64,000 nt of DNA from a virus, in the IMG/VR virus record IMGVR_UViG_3300011116_000574, positions 36,658-100,657 of that record. The stretch is one strand, 5' to 3'. How positions within the stretch are numbered: position 1 is the stretch's first letter; every line of letters starts with the position of its first letter. Positions 8,705 to 17,325 of the stretch are shown here, one piece after another. The position numbers and the translations under genes were made by a program. The notes beneath the pieces are model-generated. The model had not been told where the DNA came from and ran no database searches. It saw only the letters and a list, made by a program, of their open reading frames with translations.

Positions 8705-8902
8705 TTACCAATTAGGTTTCATACCCTTGTGAGTGTCGCAAGTGTTTCCTGTACCTTGTTGGATAGGGCAGAAACAAATTACACAAGCAATTTGAACGGC
8801 GTTAGGGGTAACTAGGGCTAGTTCCAATTCAACGCTATCGGCGAATGATAGTTCGCTACTGTCAATCTGATTTTCACCATTTACGATTTTGATGTATCCC
8901 AT
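8705..8902 (-). CDS. hypothetical Zn-binding protein
   Basis: MGYIK...CVIC...CDTH, own promoter. Confidence 0.65.
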   Translation of the reverse strand: MGYIKIVNGENQIDSSELSFADSVELELALVTPNAVQIACVICFCPIQQGTGNTCDTHKGMKPNW

Positions 8903-9128
8903 TTTTTTCTCTTTTCTTTTTCTTGATGTTTCAATTGTAGCGCATAGCACCGACATTTTTTGACAGACACGCCAGAGATTTTTGCGGGGCAAAAATTGAA
9001 CAAATGTTCAAATTGGCGGGGCAAAAATTTTACCATAGGGGTATGACAAAAACGGTTAGCGACACGCCGAAAATAAAAAAACATTGGATACAATCTTTTT
9101 TCAAAACACTAGCCAAAATGCCCAAAAA

Positions 9129-9150
9129 TGTCGGCGGTATGTGTTACCAT
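9129..9150 (+). promoter_or_regulatory. array-type promoter, divergent orientation
   Basis: TGTC-N12-TACCAT. A second copy lies at 9352-9373 (TGTC-N12-TACAAT). Confidence 0.8.
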
Positions 9151-9184
9151 TGATGTATCAACAAAAAATGAAAGTAGGTTCAAA

Positions 9185-9343
9185 ATGGACATTTTGGAAA
9201 AAGTAGTCAAGCAACGCCTAGCAAATGCTAAGGCAACCGCAACCAATTTTGATGAATTGGGTTATGACAGTAGTGCCGAATTTTGGCATAGTGTCGCTGG
9301 AATTCTTGAAGCAATTCTTGATGAGGCAGAGATTTGGGCATAG
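9185..9343 (+). CDS. hypothetical protein
   Basis: Start MDILEK, downstream of the promoter at 9129. Confidence 0.7.
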   Translation: MDILEKVVKQRLANAKATATNFDELGYDSSAEFWHSVAGILEAILDEAEIWA

Positions 9344-9407
9344 CCCAAAAATGTCTGCCCTATCCGCTACAATTGACACATAAACAAAAAATGAAAGTTG
9401 GTAAAAA

Positions 9408-9707
9408 ATGTCATACTCTTACAATCCTAACGGCGAAAAGGTTCACGCCTACATTTTGGAACTAGACGCAATTTCGTTCGGCGTACTAATGGCGAATTTC
9501 GCGCATAGTATTTTTTCAAATGATAGTTGCGCCTACACAATTGAGAAATGGTGGAAATTCTGTGATGATGTAGCAGAATGGCTAATTTATGATGATGAGG
9601 AATTTGCGAATTCCCTAAACATTTATACGCCGACAGAATGCGCCGATTGTGGCGGAAAAGGTTGGTCATTGAACCCGATTGAACACGAATACTATTGCGG
9701 TTCATAA
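9408..9707 (+). CDS. hypothetical protein
   Basis: 99-aa ORF downstream of the promoter at 9352. Confidence 0.7.
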   Translation: MSYSYNPNGEKVHAYILELDAISFGVLMANFAHSIFSNDSCAYTIEKWWKFCDDVAEWLIYDDEEFANSLNIYTPTECADCGGKGWSLNPIEHEYYCGS

Positions 9708-9839
9708 AACGCTAATGCGTAATGGTGTGCCTATGGGCGCACTATTTTTTTTTGCCTACACGCAAAATTTTTGTATCATACAAAAAAAATAAATATTAAC
9801 ATTTTGATCAAACTGATTTATATGTGACCAATATCACAT

Positions 9840-10013
9840 TTATAAGTTGGCGGGGTCTATAAAAGAGCTATAAACTAAAAGCAGGGCAGCTATAGTCAAT
9901 ACAATGGGAGCAAATATTCCCTTTTTGGGTAATTTGCCCTTAATAATGTCTCTTGACAGCAAACAGATCATAAAAATGAGTGAAGTCAGGTAGAATAAAT
10001 TCAAAATAATCAC
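9840..10013 (-). CDS. small two-TM membrane protein
   Basis: Translated by hand, GTG start after AGGAG. Confidence 0.55.
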   Translation of the reverse strand: MIILNLFYLTSLIFMICLLSRDIIKGKLPKKGIFAPIVLTIAALLLVYSSFIDPANL

Positions 10014-10059
10014 AATTTTCTCCTAAAAGGGGTTATATTATTAAATACTACTGTATTTA

Positions 10060-10257
10060 TTAGTTATATCCAAGGTTAACATTGTCCAAATTTGGAACAA
10101 CTTTATTCAAATTGGCGGGACTTGAAGAACAGTCCACAACATGTGCATCAAACTTATCCATTATACTCTTATCAAATGGAATAACCACTGACATCTTGTA
10201 ATTCTTACAAATTTTGCACTCTAAAAAGCCTACTTTTGTTCTTGAAACTCTATTCAT
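10060..10257 (-). CDS. C2HC Zn-finger-like protein
   Basis: CKIC...HVVDC. Confidence 0.65.
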   Translation of the reverse strand: MNRVSRTKVGFLECKICKNYKMSVVIPFDKSIMDKFDAHVVDCSSSPANLNKVVPNLDNVNLGYN

Positions 10258-10468
10258 CTTTTAATTTCTCCAATAATTCTCTATTTTCGTCAATAACGAC
10301 ATTAATTGTATCATATAATCTATTTTTTCGTCTAACAGGACATTTATTTATGTGATCTTCAAATGATTTTTCTGCGTCAGGTGAAATTGGGAGCTGATAC
10401 ATCATTTTATAATCAAAACAGAAGGGACACACCATAATTCGGAGATTCGAACCATTAATTTGATCCAT
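10250..10468 (-). CDS. C2HC Zn-finger-like protein
   Basis: CPFC...HINKC. Confidence 0.65.
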   Translation of the reverse strand: MDQINGSNLRIMVCPFCFDYKMMYQLPISPDAEKSFEDHINKCPVRRKNRLYDTINVVIDENRELLEKLKDE

Positions 10469-10622
10469 TATCTGCACCACATGTAGCTACATGCTCTTCA
10501 ACTTGTGCTATTGCAGCTCCACTAAAGAATCCTTCTCCAGAAATGTTCCAATTATTACATTCTTCACAAGAAAATACTACAGTTTTTGTGCCATCATCCA
10601 AAGATGTTAAAATTTTAATCAT
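10455..10622 (-). CDS. C2HC Zn-finger-like protein
   Basis: Translated by hand: MIKILTS...CEEC...HVATC. Confidence 0.6.
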   Translation of the reverse strand: MIKILTSLDDGTKTVVFSCEECNNWNISGEGFFSGAAIAQVEEHVATCGADNGSN

Positions 10623-10851
10623 CCTCATCATCTATTATTAGGGCGGGATCTGGAGACAGGACCTTTCCTGACTCATGTAAAGAAATCAATTGCTCTACCT
10701 TAGTACTATTACTCTCACCTGATGCAATGAGTCCTAGTAGGTCATATATGCGAAGCAATTGGATATACATGCCCCCTAGAAGCTCATAGAGAGCCTCTGA
10801 ATTTATTTTGGCGGTATCTGGGGTATTTTCCCCTGACTTTAATTCAGACAT
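10615..10851 (-). CDS. hypothetical protein
   Basis: 78-aa ORF, overlap-coupled. Confidence 0.7.
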   Translation of the reverse strand: MSELKSGENTPDTAKINSEALYELLGGMYIQLLRIYDLLGLIASGESNSTKVEQLISLHESGKVLSPDPALIIDDEDD

Positions 10852-11065
10852 TTTCTACCTCGTTTATCAAATTAGTTACTTGTTCATACATCTTTAATCC
10901 AGGTCTTAATTTATAATCACATGCATAACAACGAAGCGTCAATTCTTCTTTTTCATCAAAGAAGGGAACAAGTGTCATATGTTCCTCATCTACCTTACAT
11001 TTCAATTGTGGAACTTTTCCATCAAGAGATAAAAGATAGTATTTAACAAAAATCTTTTTGTTCAT
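10844..11065 (-). CDS. hypothetical Zn-binding protein
   Basis: C...H...CYAC. Confidence 0.7.
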   Translation of the reverse strand: MNKKIFVKYYLLSLDGKVPQLKCKVDEEHMTLVPFFDEKEELTLRCYACDYKLRPGLKMYEQVTNLINEVENV

Positions 11066-11214
11066 AATAATATATATACCTTAATATAGATTATATAATT
11101 CTATAACTTATATAATTTATATTATTTATATAGGTTATATTATCTTATATATAAGAAAGTATAATGATAAAATTCAAAATTGTCAAATTAGAAATTATAT
11201 TTTATAATTAAGCC

Positions 11215-12186
11215 ATGAAGGTTTCTTTTACGGGTGCTCCCGAACATATGTATGTAGCTCTAGGCTATGGTAACGCATCTTGGCATATTTTTCAAAGTAT
11301 GAAGAAATTAGGTTTAGATCCCGTGGTTCGGGATAAAGAAGCAAAGGTTGGTATTTCTTTCTGTCAACCCGCTCATTATTCCTTCGGCGAAAATCAATAT
11401 AAAATTGGTTATACACCTTGGGAGTCTACAGAATTTCTTCCTAATTGGCAAGAGGGCTTAGAATTAGCAGATGAAATTTGGACTACATCGCATTGGAATA
11501 AGAAAATCTTTGAAGCTAAGTTAGATAAAGAAGTATTTGTCTACTTGCATGGTATAGACAAAGAGTTTATGCCTATGAAGCGTAAATGGGATAGATCAGA
11601 GCCATTTACCTTCTTACATATTGGCGAGCCATTTAATCGTAAAGATGGTCAACTTGTTGTAGATGTATTTGCAAGGCTCTATGGCAACGACCCCCGCTAC
11701 CGCCTGATTATGAAATGTACAAAGTCAAACATGCTAAGTCTGATGAATATGCCACCAAATCTAGTTTGCAACAACATTATCATCAGAAATGATGTTATTT
11801 CTCGTGAAGAACTCATCGACCTATACGCATCTGTTCAATGCTTTGTATATCCATCTTGGGGAGAAGGTTTTGGATTTAATCCACTTCAGGCACTAGCTAT
11901 GGGTATTCCAACTATTTGTACCGCAGAGTGGGCGGAGTACAAAGATAGAATTACACTACCTCTTGACTCTGAATCCGCATGGTCTCCTTGGCAAGAAGTT
12001 CACCCTGGATATATGGTAAAACCTAGTGCAGAACAACTTGCTCAACATATGGTAGAGGTTGTAGAAAACTATGATAAATATTGTGCAGTAGCATTTAAGA
12101 ACTCTGTAAAAGTTCATAGAGAATATGACTGGGATCTTGTTACAAGACCCGCTGCAGGTAGATTAAAAAAAATTATAAAAAACTAG
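11215..12186 (+). CDS. GT-B glycosyltransferase (GT4-like)
   Basis: RKDG...FVYPSWGEGFGFNPLQALAMGIPTI. Confidence 0.9.
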   Translation: MKVSFTGAPEHMYVALGYGNASWHIFQSMKKLGLDPVVRDKEAKVGISFCQPAHYSFGENQYKIGYTPWESTEFLPNWQEGLELADEIWTTSHWNKKIFEAKLDKEVFVYLHGIDKEFMPMKRKWDRSEPFTFLHIGEPFNRKDGQLVVDVFARLYGNDPRYRLIMKCTKSNMLSLMNMPPNLVCNNIIIRNDVISREELIDLYASVQCFVYPSWGEGFGFNPLQALAMGIPTICTAEWAEYKDRITLPLDSESAWSPWQEVHPGYMVKPSAEQLAQHMVEVVENYDKYCAVAFKNSVKVHREYDWDLVTRPAAGRLKKIIKN

Positions 12187-12250
12187 ATTTTAGAAAAAAA
12201 TAATGTTACACTAGAAACCTAATCAAAAAAATGAAAAGGTGTGTGTATAC

Positions 12251-14179
12251 ATGAGCGGGATAGAAAATCCTTATGAAAACTTTATTGCGCTTAGCCGTTA
12301 TGCTCGTTGGCTAAGCGAAGAAAATAGACGAGAAACTTGGTCAGAGACCGTAGATAGATATTTTGATTATATTCAAAAACATCTAAAGGACAAGCATGGC
12401 TATGTGCCAGATGAAAAGCTTGTTGCCGAATTAAAACAATTTGTATTCGATAGAAATGTAATGCCTAGCATGCGTTCAGTTATGACCGCAGGTACTGCGT
12501 TGGAAAGAGATAATGTTGCAGGATATAATTGCTCTTTTCTTCCTGTCGACTCACTTCGTTCATTCGATGAAGCAATGTATATTCTTATGTGTGGAACAGG
12601 GGTAGGTTTCTCAGTAGAGAGTATGTATGTGAATAAGCTTCCAGTAATTGCAGAGTCATTCGAAAAGACCGACACAATTATTGTTGTAGAAGATTCAAAG
12701 GCGGGCTGGTCAAAAGCACTGCGTGAACTTATTGCATTACTATATCAGGGTCAGATTCCTGCAATTGATGTTTCTAAGGTCCGACCTGCTGGTGCAAGAC
12801 TAAAAACTTTTGGTGGTCGTGCATCTGGTCCTCAGCCATTAATTAATCTTTTTGATTTTACTATCAAAACATTTAAGCATGCTGCTGGTCGTAAACTAAA
12901 GCCTATTGAAGCGCATGATGTCATGTGTAAGATCGGCGAGGTAGTTGTAGTCGGTGGTGTACGCCGTAGTGCTATGATTTCTCTTTCCGACCTCAGCGAT
13001 CACGATATGGCAACGGCAAAAACAGGTGCTTGGTGGGAGAATCATCCACAAAGAGCATTGTCTAACAACTCAGTTGCATTTGCTGGAAAGCCAGAAATGA
13101 ATGACTTTATTGCAGAATGGAAATCTGTTTATGACTCTAAGTCTGGTGAGCGTGGTATTTACAATGTAAAAGCTGCACAAACACAAGCAGCAAATTTTGG
13201 TCGCAGAGATTCAGAAATTCATTATGGAACTAATCCCTGCTCCGAAATCATTCTTAGACCATATCAGTTCTGTAATCTTTCAGAAGTTGTACTTCGTGAA
13301 GAAGACACAGTTGAGCATATTGCTCGTAAAGTAGAGTTGGCAACTATTCTTGGAACTTGGCAGTCAACCCTAACAGACTTTAAGTACTTGCGTAAAATTT
13401 GGAAAGATAATACAGAGGAAGAGCGTTTACTTGGAGTTTCACTTACTGGTCAGTTTGGTCATAAGTATATGTCTGGTCAACAGGGGCTTGAAAAGCTCGC
13501 TAACACCCTTGACTTTCTTAGAGAACTTGCAGTAACAACAAATGTTGAAGAGGCTGGCAAAATTGGAATTAATCCATCTGCAGCAATTACCTGCGTAAAG
13601 CCATCTGGAACTGTATCTCAGCTAGTTGGAGTTTCATCTGGCATGCATCCTTGGCACAGCGATTACTATATTCGCACTGTTCGTGGAGATAAAAAAGATC
13701 CACTAACTCAATTCCTAAAAGATTCTGGAATTCCCGCCGAAGATGATTTTATGAAGCCAAATGACACTACTGTTTTTTCATTCCCAATGAAAGCACCTAA
13801 AAATGCTATTAAGCGTAATGATCTTACAGCAATTGAACATTTAAATGTTTGGCTTACATACCAAAGACACTGGTGTGAGCATAAGCCATCAATTACAGTT
13901 TCTATTCGTGAAGACGAATGGATGGAAGTTGGTGCTTGGGTATACAAGCACTTTGATGAATTATCTGGAGTTTCGTTCCTGCCATATTCTGAACACACCT
14001 ATGTACAAGCACCTTATCAGGATGCTACAAAAGAAGAGTATGATGCTTTTGTAAAGAAAATGCCAAAGCATATTGCTTGGGAAAATCTTTCCCTTTACGA
14101 AACAGAAGATAATACTACTGGTTCTCAATCACTTGCCTGTACAAGTGGAGAATGTGAATTGGTAGATATTGGGGCATAA
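12251..14179 (+). CDS. nrdJ: class II (B12-dependent) ribonucleotide reductase
   Basis: PSMR, YNCSF, TNPCSEI, CNLSEV, TCVKPSGTVSQL and C-terminal ACTSGEC. Confidence 0.93.
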   Translation: MSGIENPYENFIALSRYARWLSEENRRETWSETVDRYFDYIQKHLKDKHGYVPDEKLVAELKQFVFDRNVMPSMRSVMTAGTALERDNVAGYNCSFLPVDSLRSFDEAMYILMCGTGVGFSVESMYVNKLPVIAESFEKTDTIIVVEDSKAGWSKALRELIALLYQGQIPAIDVSKVRPAGARLKTFGGRASGPQPLINLFDFTIKTFKHAAGRKLKPIEAHDVMCKIGEVVVVGGVRRSAMISLSDLSDHDMATAKTGAWWENHPQRALSNNSVAFAGKPEMNDFIAEWKSVYDSKSGERGIYNVKAAQTQAANFGRRDSEIHYGTNPCSEIILRPYQFCNLSEVVLREEDTVEHIARKVELATILGTWQSTLTDFKYLRKIWKDNTEEERLLGVSLTGQFGHKYMSGQQGLEKLANTLDFLRELAVTTNVEEAGKIGINPSAAITCVKPSGTVSQLVGVSSGMHPWHSDYYIRTVRGDKKDPLTQFLKDSGIPAEDDFMKPNDTTVFSFPMKAPKNAIKRNDLTAIEHLNVWLTYQRHWCEHKPSITVSIREDEWMEVGAWVYKHFDELSGVSFLPYSEHTYVQAPYQDATKEEYDAFVKKMPKHIAWENLSLYETEDNTTGSQSLACTSGECELVDIGA

Positions 14180-14192
14180 CTAATGCTTCATT

Positions 14193-14219
14193 AAGACCCC
14201 GCCTTTTGGCGGGGTCTTT
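14193..14219 (+). terminator. intrinsic terminator
   Basis: AAGACCCCGCC-TTTT-GGCGGGGTCTTT. Confidence 0.85.
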
Positions 14220-14236
14220 GTATTTCTACCTTAAAG

Positions 14237-14245
14237 TGGTATAAT
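14237..14245 (+). promoter_or_regulatory. extended -10 promoter, TGGTATAAT type
   Basis: The same TGnTAnnnT motif precedes gene blocks at about 20427, 22402, 25319, 28381, 29262, 44770, 53817 and 55098. Confidence 0.65.
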
Positions 14246-14276
14246 TTTGTTATAAATCTTATGGAATGGTCGTGGC

Positions 14277-14657
14277 ATGGCAACTAAAGCAAATTTTGAA
14301 CATATTCAGGGAGATAATTTTCGCCTGAATATTACATATTATGATTCAAGCGGTAGCGTTGTAAATCTATCGGGTTACTCTGCCGTACTTGAGGTTAGAG
14401 ATCAGCCTGGTGGTCAACTTTTATGCACCACTGCCTCTATTGGTTCAATTCCATCAAGTGGATCTTATTCTGGACTATATATATCTACCCCAAGTGCTTC
14501 TAGTGGGGCTTTAATTATTAATCTTCCAGGAACTGAAACAGCTAATTTCAATTACCCACGATCATCATATCAGATTAGAGTTCAGAGTTCGGGTGGGATA
14601 AAAGATACCCTTGCTCATGGATGGATTTCTGTAGATGCGGGTACCATTGACATATGA
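14277..14657 (+). CDS. virion-associated protein (BppU-N-like)
   Basis: IQGDNF...VNLSGYSA...G-x-I-x-V pattern. Confidence 0.6.
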   Translation: MATKANFEHIQGDNFRLNITYYDSSGSVVNLSGYSAVLEVRDQPGGQLLCTTASIGSIPSSGSYSGLYISTPSASSGALIINLPGTETANFNYPRSSYQIRVQSSGGIKDTLAHGWISVDAGTIDI

Positions 14658-15925
14658 GCGATAACTATTCCATAATTGAACCAATAATACATACAGTTAG
14701 TGCTACACAAATAACCAACACTGTTGTTGTTTCATCTCCAGGTCCACAAGGTCCAATTGGAGAATTTCAGCCTTCAAGTATTCCAACTGCATATCCAATA
14801 ACAAATGCTTCTGGAACAATTGGATACAATACATCTTATATTCCAGCTAGTGCTACATATTCTTCAAGTGCTGGTATTTCATCATCTACTACTCAAACAA
14901 ATTTTAACTCCCTGACTATAAGTGGTTCGAATGTGGCAACACAACAATATGTTTTGGCAAACATTCCAGCTTCTGCCCAATATGCTGGAAGTTCACAGTA
15001 TGCTACAAATTCTGGAAGTTCAAGTTATGCGACATTATCATCTAGTGCAAATATATCATCAAGCACTAACTATATTTTAGGATCTAATGTATCTGGTGCA
15101 GTTGCTAGTGCTACAATTTCAGCAAGCGGAATTATATCATCTAGTGCTAATATTTCTTCAAGTGCCATAACATCTTCAAGTGCTACAATCTCTTCTAGTG
15201 CAAACATATCAGCATCAGCAAACTATGCTATTAACTCTGAAAGTTTAAATGGTCAACCAGGTTCTTATTATGCTCCCGCCACATCTAGTGTTGGAATTGG
15301 TTCTACCAGAATTACTTTAAATACAACAACATCATCTTTAGGCGGGGTTTTAATAAACAATAGCTCATCAGTATTATCTCCACTTTTAATTCTTAATAAT
15401 ACTAATACGCAACCTTCAACTACTCAAGGTACGCTGTATTATGAAACAAACACCTTTAGTCCGACAATTGTTACTGACACTACCAGCCCAATTCACATGC
15501 TTCAGCAAGTTATGATTAGAGCGGTAAATGATAGTAATGCAACAATATCTAAGGGTCATGCTGTATACTTAAGTGGAGCACAAGGAAATAGACCTGCAGT
15601 AAAGTTAGCAATTGCTTCAAGTTCCACAACACATGATGTTATTGGTCTTGTATATGACGATATTGCAGCTCATCAAGATGGTTGGATTATTATACAGGGT
15701 CTTATAGAAGGCGTTGACACAAGAGCTTATACAGAAGGTGAATACATTTACCTTTCTGCAGCAAGTGCTGGAGGAATAACTTCTACAGCACCTTCTTATC
15801 CAAACTACGCCTATGTTGTTGCACAAGCACTTAATTCAACTGTTCAAGGCAAACTCCTTGTTAAGGTATATGATGCTTATAATCAAGTTAATATACCAGG
15901 AGCAATTCAGTTCTCTGATGGATAG
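14654..15925 (+). CDS. Ser/Ala-rich tail-fibre/decoration protein, part 1
   Basis: PGPQGP motif, SSSANIS repeats, C-terminal KGHAVYLSG...G-x-IEGVDT domain. Confidence 0.7.
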   Translation: MSDNYSIIEPIIHTVSATQITNTVVVSSPGPQGPIGEFQPSSIPTAYPITNASGTIGYNTSYIPASATYSSSAGISSSTTQTNFNSLTISGSNVATQQYVLANIPASAQYAGSSQYATNSGSSSYATLSSSANISSSTNYILGSNVSGAVASATISASGIISSSANISSSAITSSSATISSSANISASANYAINSESLNGQPGSYYAPATSSVGIGSTRITLNTTTSSLGGVLINNSSSVLSPLLILNNTNTQPSTTQGTLYYETNTFSPTIVTDTTSPIHMLQQVMIRAVNDSNATISKGHAVYLSGAQGNRPAVKLAIASSSTTHDVIGLVYDDIAAHQDGWIIIQGLIEGVDTRAYTEGEYIYLSAASAGGITSTAPSYPNYAYVVAQALNSTVQGKLLVKVYDAYNQVNIPGAIQFSDG

Positions 15926-17282
15926 AGCTGTTGGTTCTGAAAATGCCAAACTTGACATAAACGGAAATGCTTCCGTAACAACTTTAAATATTACTGCATC
16001 TACATTATCTACAAGTTCAACAACAGGAGCCTTAGTCGTTAAAGGTGGTATTGCTACAGGAGATGGAGTTACTGTAGGTGGAAATTTAACAGTCATTGGA
16101 AATATTAATGGATCAGCAACATTTGCAAATAATTCTGCAAGTTTAGACGGGATTATAAGTAGTTCTTATGCTCTTAAATCATATGTCGACTCTGCATCTT
16201 TAAATGCATATAATGCAGCAAGTGCTTATACGCAAAGCGGGTCCTGGAGTAATGCTAATGCTTCTGTTTCATACTCATCAAGTGTTGGCGGTAATTTAGT
16301 GGGTGGACTATTTAATACTTCTAGTGGGCAAGCAACATTATTCTCAACACCATCTTCAATTAATATTGGAATTGCGAATGCCAATGGTTTTCAAACTATT
16401 AATATTGGAAATTCAAGGGTCACAAGCAATAGATTAATAAATATTGGAGGAACTGATGTATTTACAGCAGTAGAAACAATTAATATTGGTACAGGTTCTG
16501 TAACTGTTGGTGGAAGAACAATAAATATTGGTACGGGAACCGCATCCAATAGCATTGTTATTGGAAGTCTGCTGACCGCATCAATTAATGCTAATACCTA
16601 TATAAATGGAGCTTTAACTGTTACAAACCTTATTTCTGGAACATCTGCCTCTGCCACCACATCTTCAAGTGCTAGATACTCATCAAGTGCCACAACTTCA
16701 TTAAATTCAGCAAGTTTGGGTGGTATTGTAGCAAGCGAGTACGCAACAGAAACAGATGTTTATACTGCACAATTAACTCCAACAACATCTATAGATCTTT
16801 TTCCAAGAACATCTATTGCGGGAGTAAGAACACTTGCTGCTGGCACAATTTATGCTACTGGATTTGTACCAATTAAAAACTTTACACTGAATACAGTTAC
16901 AGTAGTTTTAACATCTGCGGGAACATCATCAATACAGTTTGGTCTTATTTCTACATCTGGCTCTACACTAACGGTTGTTGCAAGTACCGTTGCAGTGGTT
17001 CCTGGAGGAGCTGGTATTTTTACTGGGTCTTTTTCTACTCCTCAAACATTAACCGCTGGTCAAAGCTATGCAATTGGATTTTTGGCGGTGGGCGGAACAA
17101 ACCCAACACTTGTTGGTCAAGCTTTTGCGACAACTAATGCGGGAATAAGTTATGGGCTATCTCCGTTTATGGCAGCAAATTCATCTACCACAACATACAC
17201 ATCAATTCCTGCTGCTGGAAACACTATTGCACTTAATACTGCAACACCAACAGTTGCAATGGCTTGGGCTAGGTTATCTTAA
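15918..17282 (+). CDS. Ser/Thr-rich tail-fibre protein, part 2
   Basis: STSSTTGALVVKGG and INIG repeats. In the +1 frame relative to part 1. Confidence 0.7.
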   Translation: MDRAVGSENAKLDINGNASVTTLNITASTLSTSSTTGALVVKGGIATGDGVTVGGNLTVIGNINGSATFANNSASLDGIISSSYALKSYVDSASLNAYNAASAYTQSGSWSNANASVSYSSSVGGNLVGGLFNTSSGQATLFSTPSSINIGIANANGFQTINIGNSRVTSNRLINIGGTDVFTAVETINIGTGSVTVGGRTINIGTGTASNSIVIGSLLTASINANTYINGALTVTNLISGTSASATTSSSARYSSSATTSLNSASLGGIVASEYATETDVYTAQLTPTTSIDLFPRTSIAGVRTLAAGTIYATGFVPIKNFTLNTVTVVLTSAGTSSIQFGLISTSGSTLTVVASTVAVVPGGAGIFTGSFSTPQTLTAGQSYAIGFLAVGGTNPTLVGQAFATTNAGISYGLSPFMAANSSTTTYTSIPAAGNTIALNTATPTVAMAWARLS

Positions 17283-17325
17283 TGACTGGCTTTAATAAAA
17301 ATCAAGAAAAGGTATAATAGATAGT

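Larger units (their letters stand above)
791..9048 (-). promoter_or_regulatory. 21 minus-strand promoter-like motifs TGTC-N12-TANNNT, usually with extended -10 TG
   Basis: The -10 hexamers begin (plus coordinates) at 791, 1671, 2480, 2893, 3527, 4280, 5026, 5446, 5792, 6259, 6565, 6826, 6984, 7317, 7698, 7893, 8135, 8359, 8680, 8934, 9027. GACA lies exactly 12 bp away in each. All but 9027 are directly upstream of an ORF start. Confidence 0.85.
765..9070 (-). repeat. Dispersed composite intergenic repeat separating early-gene cassettes
   Basis: Plus-strand (C/T)AGAGA-N13-TCGTA at 829, 1709, 2518, 2920 (N12), 3574, 4317, 5053, 5473, 5819, 6287, 7022, 7345, 7409, 7940, 8446. Palindrome CGGGKTANCCCG at 872, 1751, 2561, 2960, 3618, 4361, 5097, 5513, 5858, 6330, 7065, 7389. 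Confidence 0.95.

Noticed and set aside
765-9070. CRISPR array interpretation of the repeats
   Set aside because: The repeats are degenerate and composite, and the intervening sequences are 100-900-bp ORFs rather than uniform spacers. There is no cas operon.
765-9070. Classical integron with attC sites
   Set aside because: No tyrosine integrase in the window, no consistent RYYYAAC/GTTRRRY ends, and the cassettes carry their own promoters.
15923-15940. TAG readthrough or alternative genetic code
   Set aside because: The same frame hits TGA five codons later, and TAG serves as a normal stop elsewhere in the window.
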